From Escherichia phage MLF4, in sequence record NC_055780.1: a stretch of 64,000 nt of DNA, one strand, 5' to 3'. The position numbers were made by a program, and so were the translations under genes. Positions within the stretch are counted from its first letter, which is position 1. Each line of letters opens with the position of its first letter. Shown here one piece after another: positions 50,346 to 58,972 of the stretch. The notes under the pieces were generated by a model. That model was not told the origin of the DNA and did not search any database. It worked only from the letters and a program-made list of their open reading frames with translations.

Positions 50346-50353
50346 TATTTATA
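50346..50353 (-). promoter_or_regulatory. late promoter TATAAATA (gene 53)
   Basis: plus-strand TATTTATA 29 nt upstream of ATG at 50317; back-to-back with the gene 4 promoter. Confidence 0.65.
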
Positions 50354-50364
50354 AGGAGAATCCA

Positions 50365-50817
50365 ATGGCATATTCTGGAAAATGGGTTCCTAAAAATATA
50401 TCAAAATATAGAGGTGACCCTAAAAAAATTACGTATAGATCAAATTGGGAAAAATTCTTTTTTGAATGGTTAGATAAAAATCCAGAAATTATTGCATGGG
50501 GTAGTGAAACAGCAGTAATTCCTTATTTTTGTAATGCAGAAGGGAAAAAACGTAGATACTTCATGGATATTTGGATGAAAGATTCTTCTGGACAAGAATT
50601 TTTTATTGAAATAAAACCTAAAAAAGAAACACAACCACCAGTTAAACCAGCACATCTAACAACTGCAGCGAAGAAAAGATTTATGAATGAAATTTATACC
50701 TGGTCTGTGAACGCTGACAAATGGAAAGCAGCACAATCTTTAGCTGAAAAGCGTGGAATAAAATTTAGAATTCTAACAGAAGATGGATTACGAGCTCTTG
50801 GCTTTAAGGGGGCATAA
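50365..50817 (+). CDS. 4: head completion protein gp4
   Basis: 150 aa as in T4 gp4; AAGGAG SD. Confidence 0.8.
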
Positions 50818-51641
50818 TGGCTATTTTTCAAATAATTAATGAAAGCACTCCCCAAGTTCCAAAGGTTAAGCAATCATTAAACGAAAAGAAATGGATTCAG
50901 ATAGGTCTTGAATATAAAAAGGCCAAAGCAAAAGGAATGACAGGAAAGCAATTTGCTGAAGAAAGAGGAATCAAATACTCTACGTTTACTTCGGCAATGT
51001 CAAAATATGCTTCAGGAATTAAAACAGCTGAAAAGATTCAAAAGCTTGAATCAAAACCAATGAATAAGCTCAATAAGCAAGAAAGACAACTGCTTATGAT
51101 AAATTCATTCAGACAAACATTGCGTGATAAAATTCGTAATGAAGGCGCAGCAATTAATAATAAAACCAGAAAATGGTTTGCTGAAACTATTAAGCAAGTA
51201 AAAGGACATAAAGTTGTTCGCCCGCAGCCGGGACGAATATATGCTTTTGCTTATGATGCTAAACACAAGGAAACTCTTCCTTACTGGGATAAATTTCCTT
51301 TGATAATTTACCTTGGTTTAGGTAAGCATAATTTAATGTACGGATTAAACTTGCACTATATTCCACCTAAAGCTCGTCAGCAATTTCTAGAAGAGCTTTT
51401 AAAGCAATATGCAAATACACCTACTATTACTAATAAAACGAAATTAAAAATTGATTGGAGTCAAGTGAAAGGATTTAGGGGTGCAGACCAAATGATTAAG
51501 GCATATATACCCGGTAATATTATGGGTAGCCTTGTTGAAATCGCCCCGAAAGACTGGGCGAACGTTGTGTTGATGCCACTTCAGCAGTTCGTTTCAAAAG
51601 GAAAACGTTTCTCTGCAAACAAAGTCTGGTCAAATATCTAA
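50817..51641 (+). CDS. 2: DNA end protector protein gp2
   Basis: 274 aa as in T4 gp2; start overlaps gp4 stop (TAATG). Confidence 0.8.
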
Positions 51642-51747
51642 TTCTATTATCTTCCATTCTTTTCTGTTGTTTGTTCTAAATGGAATTGAATGGAAGGGAC
51701 TTAGACCCATTATACCACCAACAGTTATAAAGCATTATGAGGAATAT

Positions 51748-52278
51748 ATGTCGCAAGCTCTGCAACAAATTTTTAACCAAGCAAATACAACTAACTTTGT
51801 AGTATCAATACCACATAGTAATACTACATCTGCTTTTACTTTAAATGCTCAGTCAGTTCCTATTCCAGGAATTAGAATACCTGTTACTGATACCGTGACT
51901 GGGCCGTTTGGACTGGGCCGAGCACAACGTCCAGGTGTTACATTTGAGTATGATCCACTCATTGTGAGATTTATAGTTGATGAAGAACTTAAGTCATGGA
52001 TAGGAATGTATGAATGGATGCTAGGAACTAGCAACTATCTTACAGGTGAAAATACTGCCCAAAAAACAGGTCCTGAGTACATTACGCTTTACATCTTAGA
52101 TAATAGCAAAACTGAAATCGTGATGTCAATAAATTTTTATAAGCCTTGGGTTTCTGACCTATCTGAAGTAGAATTTAGCTATACGGAAGATTCAGACCCG
52201 GCTTTAGTATGTACTGCAACGATTCCTTACACCTATTTTCAAGTAGAAAAAGATGGAAAAATTATAGCAGAAGTTTAA
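51748..52278 (+). CDS. 3: tail completion / sheath stabiliser gp3
   Basis: 176 aa from ATG at 51748 with GAGGA SD (track ORF starts upstream at a non-ATG codon). Confidence 0.75.
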   Translation: MSQALQQIFNQANTTNFVVSIPHSNTTSAFTLNAQSVPIPGIRIPVTDTVTGPFGLGRAQRPGVTFEYDPLIVRFIVDEELKSWIGMYEWMLGTSNYLTGENTAQKTGPEYITLYILDNSKTEIVMSINFYKPWVSDLSEVEFSYTEDSDPALVCTATIPYTYFQVEKDGKIIAEV

Positions 52279-52302
52279 TGCTTCAGTTTTGTGTGTTATA
52301 AT
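52279..52302 (+). promoter_or_regulatory. MotA-dependent middle promoter (TGCTTCA + TATAAT) for gene 1
   Basis: aaTGCTTCA directly after gp3 stop, 11-nt spacer, TTATAAT -10 at 52297..52302. Confidence 0.6.
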
Positions 52303-52327
52303 CTTAATTAAATTTGAGGAGAAACAC

Positions 52328-53052
52328 ATGAAACTAATCTTTTTAAGCGGTGTAAAGCGTAGTGGAAAAGATACTACTGCTGATTTTATCATGAGCAATT
52401 ATTCTGCAGTTAAATACCAACTTGCTGGTCCTATTAAGGATGCATTGGCTTATGCATGGGGAGTATTTGCAGCAAACACTGGCTATCCTTGCTTAACTCG
52501 TAAAGAGTTTGAAGGAATTGACTATGATCGTGAGACTAATTTAAATCTGACTAAATTAGAAGTAATCACGATTATGGAACAAGCATTTTGCTATCTTAAT
52601 GGTAAAAGCCCAATTAAGGGTGTGTTTGTTTTTGATGACGAAGGACAAGAATCAGTTAATTCCGTAGCATTTAACAAGATTATTGACGTTATAAATAATA
52701 TTGAAGATCAATGGTCAGTCCGTCGTCTGATGCAAGCCCTAGGTACGGATTTGATTGTTAATAACTTCGACCGCATGTACTGGGTAAAATTATTTGCTTT
52801 AGATTATCTTGATAAATTTAACTCAGGTTATGATTATTATATCGTTCCTGATACCCGTCAAGATCATGAAATGGATGCGGCTAGGGCGATGGGTGCTACA
52901 GTAATTCATGTAGTTCGTCCTGGTCAAAAATCCAATGATACACATATTACAGAAGCTGGATTGCCAATTCGTGATGGTGATTTAGTAATTACAAACGATG
53001 GTTCTCTTGAAGAACTTTTTTCTAAAATTAAAAATACACTAAAGGTACTATA

Positions 53053-53053
<1 letters not shown>
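52328..53053 (+). CDS. 1: deoxynucleoside monophosphate kinase gp1
   Basis: 241 aa from ATG at 52328 (GAGGAG SD); P-loop-like SGVKRSGKDT; length matches T4 gp1. Confidence 0.85.
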
Positions 53054-53762
<709 letters not shown>

Positions 53763-53770
<8 letters not shown>

Positions 53771-53792
53771 ACTGATGAGGTAGTGATACTAT
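53763..53792 (+). promoter_or_regulatory. early promoter with overlapping stem-loop (PeSL-like cassette)
   Basis: GTTTAC at 53763, 18-nt spacer, TACTAT at 53787; inverted repeat TGAGGTA...TACCTCA (53776..53799) spans the -10. Confidence 0.6.
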
Positions 53793-53823
53793 TACCTCAT
53801 CAAAATTAATTAGGAAAAATAAA

Positions 53824-54054
53824 ATGAAAACTTATAAAGAGTTTGCTACAGAAACTATTATCACTGAATCTTCTCATGGTATGGAAGTAAAGCTTGGAAT
53901 GGCTTTAGCTGAAGCTGAGCGTCTTTTCTCTCGTATTAAAGAACTTGCTGCTGCAGTCGATCCTTCGTCTTTTAAAGGAGACCAAACTAAAGTTAAAGCA
54001 CTTTTAGCATTATGCTCTGACGCAGGAGAAATCGCTAAAATGGTTCTAAGATGA
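53824..54054 (+). CDS. internal protein (IPI-locus) with capsid targeting sequence
   Basis: 76 aa; N-terminus MKTYKEFATE fits the T4 internal-protein capsid-targeting consensus MK(T/S)YQEF(I/L)xE with an (L/I/A)-x-E gp21-type cleavage site at residue 10. Confidence 0.7.
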   Translation: MKTYKEFATETIITESSHGMEVKLGMALAEAERLFSRIKELAAAVDPSSFKGDQTKVKALLALCSDAGEIAKMVLR

Positions 54055-54068
54055 AGAAACGATTAGAA

Positions 54069-54100
54069 GATTTAAAATAATTTCACAAAGTTGTTTACAC
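54069..54100 (+). repeat. 32-bp direct repeat copy 2
   Basis: identical to 53739..53770. Confidence 0.85.
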
Positions 54101-54122
54101 GGGGTTTTAGTAGTGATACTAT
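54093..54122 (+). promoter_or_regulatory. early promoter (duplicate cassette)
   Basis: GTTTAC at 54093, 18-nt spacer, TACTAT at 54117. Confidence 0.6.
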
Positions 54123-54150
54123 TACCCTATCAACTACTGAGGAGAATAAA

Positions 54151-54336
54151 ATGAAACGTTGTGAATTAATTCGAAATGTTGCTATTGCAATTTCTGCTTC
54201 CGCTTTTAGTTTTTCAATGTTTGTTGGATTTATATGCGGATTATTAACTACAGCAGAAAATGTATTTTCACTTGTAGTAGCATTTTTAATTGGTTTAATT
54301 GCTATCGTTATGGATAAAATTTCTAAAGGTGAGTAA
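54151..54336 (+). CDS. small predicted membrane protein (61 aa)
   Basis: ATG at 54151 with GAGGAG SD; two hydrophobic helices (AIAISASAFSFSMFVGFICGLL, VFSLVVAFLIGLIAIV). Confidence 0.55.
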   Translation: MKRCELIRNVAIAISASAFSFSMFVGFICGLLTTAENVFSLVVAFLIGLIAIVMDKISKGE

Positions 54337-54337
54337 A

Positions 54338-54718
54338 ATGTATAAAGTATATGCAGATTATCAGGCTAATCCATCTGAAAAGCCAGATTGCCAAATTGGA
54401 TGGGCTCATGATACTTTGCTTGAAGCAGTAGATGCTGCTCAAAAATTAGGATATAAATATGTAGAGATTGTTCAACCGACAGGAAAAGTTATTACTCTTG
54501 AAGAGTTCAATAATATTAAACCGAACTTTTTACTTTTTGCAGGTGATAATTATTATCCTCGCGGTGGATATGCTGATTTAATCGCGAAAGCCGCTACCGA
54601 AGATGAACTTCGTGATATTATCAAAGAAAATGAAAACAAACCGATGTATGGTTCTAATCGCTTTGATTGGTGGCAAATTGTAAATGCCCACACTCATACT
54701 ATTGTTGATGAAGGGTAA
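54338..54718 (+). CDS. hypothetical protein (126 aa)
   Basis: ATG at 54338 with AAAGGTGAG SD directly after upstream stop; no recognisable domain. Confidence 0.55.
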   Translation: MYKVYADYQANPSEKPDCQIGWAHDTLLEAVDAAQKLGYKYVEIVQPTGKVITLEEFNNIKPNFLLFAGDNYYPRGGYADLIAKAATEDELRDIIKENENKPMYGSNRFDWWQIVNAHTHTIVDEG

Positions 54719-54720
54719 TA

Positions 54721-55011
54721 ATGATTCTTTATGCTAAAGTATCGTCCATTGAAAATGGATATAAATATGATCAAGAAGCAGCTAAAGCCTTGATTGATGA
54801 TTATGGCATTTTAACATGTTTTGAAGTTGAAAAGGTTTACATTGACCGTTCATCTTCTCAGGTTAAATTAGTGAAGGAAGACCGTAAATTTAATACAGTA
54901 AATTTTGATTTCTTTATTGAAACAGAAAAAGGTCCTCTTGAATATGATATTTTCAAGAATCCTTTAAGTCTTGAATGTATTAAATATACTTATATTAATG
55001 CAGCGTGGTGA
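54721..55011 (+). CDS. hypothetical protein (96 aa)
   Basis: ATG 3 nt after upstream stop; no recognisable domain. Confidence 0.5.
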   Translation: MILYAKVSSIENGYKYDQEAAKALIDDYGILTCFEVEKVYIDRSSSQVKLVKEDRKFNTVNFDFFIETEKGPLEYDIFKNPLSLECIKYTYINAAW

Positions 55012-55013
55012 AA

Positions 55014-55526
55014 ATGAATATTTGTTTAGGTACTACAATTCCGCAGGGTTACGTAATTGATGTCACTACCTGGGAAAATGATGGTGACAACTATAAAACT
55101 AAAACGCTGTTTGGCGTAGAAGAGCATGAAATCTTACAGTTCCAATATCTTTTAAAGAAGTTTAAAAGCAGACATTCTAGTACTAAAGCTGAACGTTATT
55201 GTGGTAATGGCTTGTTCAGCGAGCAATCGCTTTTTATTTATGAATACTTGGTTGAAGGACTGTTCTCAGAACAACTTTATCCAGAATTCATTAAAAAGGT
55301 CTTTGATATAGAAGTTGACCTTGGTAATAAATCCGAAGAAGATGAAGAACGTGTATTTGACTTATTCTTTGTGAATGGTAATAAGATATTTGAAGGCCTT
55401 ATTGATATTCTTGGTCATGCTTCTGAATATTATGACTATGATTTCTTGCGTGTAGTTGAGAGTGTTAAATACTCTTATATAGAAGAAATTGTTTTGCCGA
55501 CCGTTAAAATGTTTAATTTGCTTTAA
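55014..55526 (+). CDS. hypothetical acidic protein (170 aa)
   Basis: ATG at 55014 right after upstream TGA; track ORF begins at GTG 55005. Confidence 0.5.
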   Translation: MNICLGTTIPQGYVIDVTTWENDGDNYKTKTLFGVEEHEILQFQYLLKKFKSRHSSTKAERYCGNGLFSEQSLFIYEYLVEGLFSEQLYPEFIKKVFDIEVDLGNKSEEDEERVFDLFFVNGNKIFEGLIDILGHASEYYDYDFLRVVESVKYSYIEEIVLPTVKMFNLL

Positions 55527-55625
55527 GAATTATTTGTTATTATTAACTCATACCGCACTGATTAATACCCTCTATCATCAAGGGTTCTTGCTAAAGAGCC
55601 TTTGTTAATAATTGGGAATCATATT

Positions 55626-56234
55626 ATGGATACTAAATTAGCTGAAATTTTTGAAGGAAAACATCCAAATTTTAGTACAGGAAAGCTGAAAGACAAAATA
55701 ATAAAAGAAAATATTTTTCCATATGAGTGTGCAATTTGTAAAATTTCAAAATGGCAAAATAAGCATATTGTTCTGCAATTAGACCATATTGATGGAAATA
55801 ACAAAAATCATCTTAAATCAAATTTAAGATTATTATGTCCAAACTGCCATTCGCAAACTGATACTTTTGCTGGTAAAAATATTAAAAATAATAAAAAGCG
55901 TTATAATGTTAGTGATGAAGAAATTTTAAACGCACTATTAAATTCGGCTACTATATCATCTGCAATTACTTCATTAGGTTTAAGTAAAGGCGGAAACTAT
56001 AAAAGATTCATTAAAATTGCTAATGATAATAAATTATATCATTTACTGGTAAATATTAATGAAAAGATTTTAACTGATGAAATTTACGAAGAATTAGTTA
56101 AAATCGATTATTCTAAATTTGGATGGGTTAGTAAAGCTGCTAAAATAATAGGTATAAGCCCACAAAAAGCTAGAAAATGGATAGAACGAAAGTGTCCAGA
56201 ATTGATAGAACAGTCTTTTTCACGTAATAAATAA
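55626..56234 (+). CDS. freestanding HNH homing endonuclease
   Basis: canonical HNH core IVLQLDHIDGNNKNHLKSNLRLLCPNCHSQTD with CAIC/CPNC zinc ligands; ATG at 55626 (track ORF starts at TTG 55602); immediately upstream of the tRNA cluster. Confidence 0.85.
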   Translation: MDTKLAEIFEGKHPNFSTGKLKDKIIKENIFPYECAICKISKWQNKHIVLQLDHIDGNNKNHLKSNLRLLCPNCHSQTDTFAGKNIKNNKKRYNVSDEEILNALLNSATISSAITSLGLSKGGNYKRFIKIANDNKLYHLLVNINEKILTDEIYEELVKIDYSKFGWVSKAAKIIGISPQKARKWIERKCPELIEQSFSRNK

Positions 56235-56240
56235 TATAGC

Positions 56241-56327
56241 GCGAGAATGGTCAAATTGGTAAAGGCACAGCACTTAAAATGCTGCGGAATTATTTCCTTG
56301 TGGGTTCGAGTCCCACTTCTCGCACCA
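56241..56327 (+). tRNA. tRNA-Leu (anticodon UAA)
   Basis: cloverleaf folded by eye: acceptor GCGAGAA/TTCTCGC, anticodon stem CAGCA/TGCTG with loop CTTAAAA, long variable arm, T-loop GGTTCGAGTCC, CCA encoded. Confidence 0.85.
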
Positions 56328-56332
56328 AATTT

Positions 56333-56406
<74 letters not shown>

Positions 56407-56416
56407 ATTTAATTTA

Positions 56417-56490
56417 CTCCGTGTAGCTCAGTTTGGTAGAGCGCCTGATTTGGGATCAGGAGGTCCAAGGTTCAAATCCTTGTATGGAGA
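56417..56490 (+). tRNA. tRNA-Pro (anticodon UGG)
   Basis: acceptor CTCCGTG/TATGGAG (two G-U), anticodon stem CCTGA/TCAGG loop TTTGGGA, T-loop GGTTCAAATCC; CCA not encoded. Confidence 0.85.
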
Positions 56491-56492
56491 CT

Positions 56493-56582
56493 GGAGGCGT
56501 GGCAGAGTGGTTGAATGCACCGGTCTTGAAAACCGGCAGTCGCTCCGGCGACTCATAGGTTCGAATCCTATCGCCTCCGCCA
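56493..56582 (+). tRNA. tRNA-Ser (anticodon UGA)
   Basis: acceptor GGAGGCG/CGCCTCC, anticodon stem CCGGT/ACCGG loop CTTGAAA, long variable arm, CCA encoded. Confidence 0.85.
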
Positions 56583-56587
56583 GTTTT

Positions 56588-56663
56588 GCTGATTTAGCTC
56601 AGTAGGTAGAGCACCTCACTTGTAATGAGGATGTCGGCGGTTCGATTCCGTCAATCAGCACCA
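56588..56663 (+). tRNA. tRNA-Thr (anticodon UGU)
   Basis: acceptor GCTGATT/AATCAGC, anticodon stem CCTCA/TGAGG loop CTTGTAA, T-loop GGTTCGATTCC, CCA encoded. Confidence 0.85.
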
Positions 56664-56664
56664 A

Positions 56665-56739
56665 GGCCCTGTAGCTGGAAGGTTCAAGCAAGCGACTCAT
56701 AATCGCCAGATGGTGGTTCAATTCCACCCAGGGCCACCA
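56665..56739 (+). tRNA. tRNA-Ile/Met type (anticodon CAU; T4 equivalent reads AUA as Ile)
   Basis: acceptor GGCCCTG/CAGGGCC, anticodon loop CTCATAA, T-loop GGTTCAATTCC, CCA encoded. Confidence 0.8.
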
Positions 56740-56745
56740 AATTAA

Positions 56746-56832
56746 GGGGAGTTATCCCGTAGAGGTAGCGGTGTGGACTGTAAATTCATTGTCATTGCGA
56801 CTCGGGTGGTTCGACTCCATCACTCCCCACCA
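56746..56832 (+). tRNA. tRNA-Tyr (anticodon GUA), class II
   Basis: acceptor GGGGAGT/ACTCCCC, anticodon loop CTGTAAA, variable arm GTCATTGCGAC and 3' end closely parallel bacterial tRNA-Tyr; anticodon stem has two G-U pairs. Confidence 0.75.
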
Positions 56833-56836
56833 ATTT

Positions 56837-56911
56837 GGATGTGTAGCTCAATGGCAGAGCGATCGCCTGTTAAGCGATTGGTTATAGGTTCGAATCCTAT
56901 CACGTCCGCCA
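56837..56911 (+). tRNA. tRNA-Asn (anticodon GUU)
   Basis: acceptor GGATGTG/CACGTCC, anticodon stem ATCGC/GCGAT loop CTGTTAA, T-loop GGTTCGAATCC, CCA encoded. Confidence 0.85.
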
Positions 56912-57025
56912 AATTTGTGACAACTGTCACATTAATATCTACTTGACGCGATTATAGGGGTTGAACTGATCACTCTTCTCTTAATTTCGTGTGAAGACAT
57001 CATGATTGTTGGAGTAGGTATTAAT

Positions 57026-57101
57026 GTGGCCGTAGTTCAGTTGGTAGAACTCGAGATTGTGATTCTCGTAGTCATGGGTTCGACTCCCATCGGTCACCCC
57101 A
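57026..57101 (+). tRNA. tRNA-His (anticodon GUG)
   Basis: acceptor GTGGCCG/CGGTCAC, D-stem GTTC/GAAC, anticodon stem CGAGA/TCTCG loop TTGTGAT, discriminator C, CCA encoded. Confidence 0.85.
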
Positions 57102-57105
57102 ATTA

Positions 57106-57181
57106 CGGGGCATAGCTCAGAAGGAAGAGCAAGGACCTTCTAAGTCCTGGGTCGTAGGTTCGATCCCTACTGCCTCGACCA
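57106..57181 (+). tRNA. tRNA-Arg (anticodon UCU)
   Basis: acceptor CGGGGCA/TGCCTCG, anticodon stem AGGAC/GTCCT loop CTTCTAA, T-loop GGTTCGATCCC, CCA encoded. Confidence 0.85.
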
Positions 57182-57199
57182 ATTATAAGTGAGGAAAAT

Positions 57200-57550
57200 A
57201 TGAAAGGTAATGTTTATTTAGTAGTTCATGATTTAACATTCTATTTTAATCATAATGATACTGTTATTTCTGAACGTGTAATTAATTTGCTTTATCAGCA
57301 TGCAGATTATGTTTATGTCGAAAACGAATATGGTCATTGGCAATTTCTCAAAAATCGTTCATTTGGTTTAGATGGTTACGAATATTTTGAACGTAAAGAC
57401 CTTTTAGATAAAATTCCGTTATCTACACAATATCAAAATCATAAGTCTTTACATAAATGTCGACTAATTCGAAATGCTGAATCTGCTTATGAAGCAATTG
57501 ATTTATGGCGTTTACGCCGTGAACAGATTGATGCTTTAAAAGAATATTAA
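57200..57550 (+). CDS. hypothetical protein (116 aa)
   Basis: ATG at 57200 with GAGGAA SD directly after tRNA-Arg; no recognisable domain. Confidence 0.55.
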   Translation: MKGNVYLVVHDLTFYFNHNDTVISERVINLLYQHADYVYVENEYGHWQFLKNRSFGLDGYEYFERKDLLDKIPLSTQYQNHKSLHKCRLIRNAESAYEAIDLWRLRREQIDALKEY

Positions 57551-57890
57551 GAAGCCGGGTCGCTACCGGTAAGTCGTCGGACTGATGTTCCCTGAGTAAG
57601 GACTAGCCTTAATAAATCTTTATGTTTTGTTAATGCTCCCTTACATCACAGCAGAAACGGCGCACCGAATTATCGATTCGAGGAAATATCTTTGCCGTAA
57701 GCCGAGTAGCGTTTTTGACGGAACGTTCGGATATGGTCGAGATATGGCCTTTTAAAAATATTGAGTAGCGTCAACTGCTTGATAACCGGGTTCGAATCCC
57801 GGCGTTTCGTACAAACACTTGCCTTAGCAGGTGGAACCCCGACAAGGTTGCCGCAAGGCTTAGCCCCAGCCGAAAGGTTGGGGCTTTTTA
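57551..57890 (+). ncRNA. candidate small stable RNA(s) with tRNA-like T-arm, ending in strong terminator
   Basis: no long ORF in about 340 nt; contains CCGGGTTCGAATCCCGG (T-arm-like) and local hairpins; terminator AGCCCCAGCC-GAAA-GGTTGGGGCT+T5 at 57862..57889; may correspond to the T4 species 1/2 stable RNAs (from memory, unverified). Confidence 0.4.
57862..57889 (+). terminator. intrinsic terminator (10-bp stem, GAAA tetraloop, T-run)
   Basis: AGCCCCAGCC GAAA GGTTGGGGCT TTTT; near-identical module recurs at 58417..58444. Confidence 0.8.
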
Positions 57891-57891
57891 G

Positions 57892-57899
57892 TATAAATA
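57892..57899 (+). promoter_or_regulatory. late promoter TATAAATA (internal protein gene at 57936)
   Basis: TATAAATA 37 nt upstream of ATG, directly after the terminator. Confidence 0.6.
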
Positions 57900-57935
57900 A
57901 GTATATTAAATCTACAAATTAAAACAGGAAATAAG

Positions 57936-58409
57936 ATGAAATCATATACTCAATTTTTAAATGAAGCGGTGTTAAATGAAGCGTCTAGCACCGAAATTCA
58001 AGCTGTCGCAAAAGCAGCCATTGCAGCGGGTAAATATTCCTATAAAGATGCTTCTGATGAATCACGATTCCAATTTGCTCGCGACATGAAAGCAGAAGGA
58101 TTTACGGGGAATGCTGTTAGTATGGCCTGGAAAAGTTTAGTTGCTACTGGCGCTGCTTTTGCAAAGGCTTCGGGTAAACCTGCTCCTAAAGCAGATCCTA
58201 AAGTCACACAAGAGAAAAATATCGTTAAAGGAATTATCTCTAGGTATGAAGCAATTCTTAAAGAGCTTTTAGTAATCAAAACTGAAGGCCAAAAACTAGC
58301 TCGTGCTTATAGTTTCAAAGATAACCCACATGCTCACTCTCTTGAGTATGTTGAAGACATTCAAAAAATTATTAAAGACCGCATTTGGTCTGCTAAACAA
58401 ATCAAATAA
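57936..58409 (+). CDS. internal protein-like (capsid targeting sequence), 157 aa
   Basis: N-terminus MKSYTQFLNEA fits the CTS consensus with L-N-E cleavage motif; Ala/Lys-rich; own late promoter and terminator. Confidence 0.65.
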   Translation: MKSYTQFLNEAVLNEASSTEIQAVAKAAIAAGKYSYKDASDESRFQFARDMKAEGFTGNAVSMAWKSLVATGAAFAKASGKPAPKADPKVTQEKNIVKGIISRYEAILKELLVIKTEGQKLARAYSFKDNPHAHSLEYVEDIQKIIKDRIWSAKQIK

Positions 58410-58416
58410 CATTCTT

Positions 58417-58444
58417 AGCCCTAGCCGAAAGGTTGGGGCTTTTT
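58417..58444 (+). terminator. intrinsic terminator (repeat of the 57862 module)
   Basis: AGCCCTAGCC GAAA GGTTGGGGCT TTTT 8 nt after stop. Confidence 0.8.
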
Positions 58445-58579
58445 GGTATCTAGGCCTTTCCAGGCCTCTCTAGGCATCATTTAGTTTCTACCCTTTATAA
58501 TATATTATCCTATCTTTTAATTGCCCCTCCCTGCCCTAGAATTCCCTAAAACTTTTTAAAAAAATTTTTTCACAAAACG

Positions 58580-58609
58580 GTTTACATCCTTGTCCTTCCA
58601 TGGTACTAT
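58580..58609 (+). promoter_or_regulatory. early promoter (GTTTAC-N18-TACTAT)
   Basis: precedes ATG at 58653; lies inside the 5' extension of track ORF 58590..58916, arguing that ORF really starts at 58653. Confidence 0.55.
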
Positions 58610-58652
58610 ACAACTATCAACTACTGATACAGAAAACAACTTGGAGAATGAA

Positions 58653-58916
58653 ATGGATAATTACGGCGAACTGTTCAACTTCTTTATGAAATGTGTTTCA
58701 GAAGATTTCGGTCGTACAGTGAATGATATTAAAGTTATCGGTCCTGATCATCCGATGTTTGAAACTTACGCAGTAATGGGTAATGAAGACGGTCAGTGGT
58801 ATACTGTAAAGGTTGTGATTAACATGTTCACAGCAGAAGGTTATGTTAAACTGTCTTCTAAAGTTTACCATGATAACGACGAAATCGCAGAAGAATATTT
58901 CAATAATATGAAATAA
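58653..58916 (+). CDS. hypothetical protein (87 aa)
   Basis: ATG at 58653 with GGAG SD 6 nt upstream; track ORF start at 58590 is TTG and overlaps the promoter. Confidence 0.5.
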   Translation: MDNYGELFNFFMKCVSEDFGRTVNDIKVIGPDHPMFETYAVMGNEDGQWYTVKVVINMFTAEGYVKLSSKVYHDNDEIAEEYFNNMK

Positions 58917-58946
58917 GTTTACACAGGCTCATGATTGAGATATTAT
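58917..58946 (+). promoter_or_regulatory. early promoter with stem-loop (GTTTAC-N18-TATTAT; hairpin 58926..58951)
   Basis: GTTTAC abuts the TAA stop; inverted repeat GGCTCAT...ATGAGCC spans the -10. Confidence 0.55.
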
Positions 58947-58972
58947 GAGCCTATACAAATGAGGAAAACATT

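Noticed and set aside
57551-57890. Possible additional tRNA gene suggested by the T-arm-like CCGGGTTCGAATCCCGG
   Set aside because: No acceptor stem partner or anticodon arm could be placed at tRNA-compatible spacing; kept only as a candidate structured RNA.
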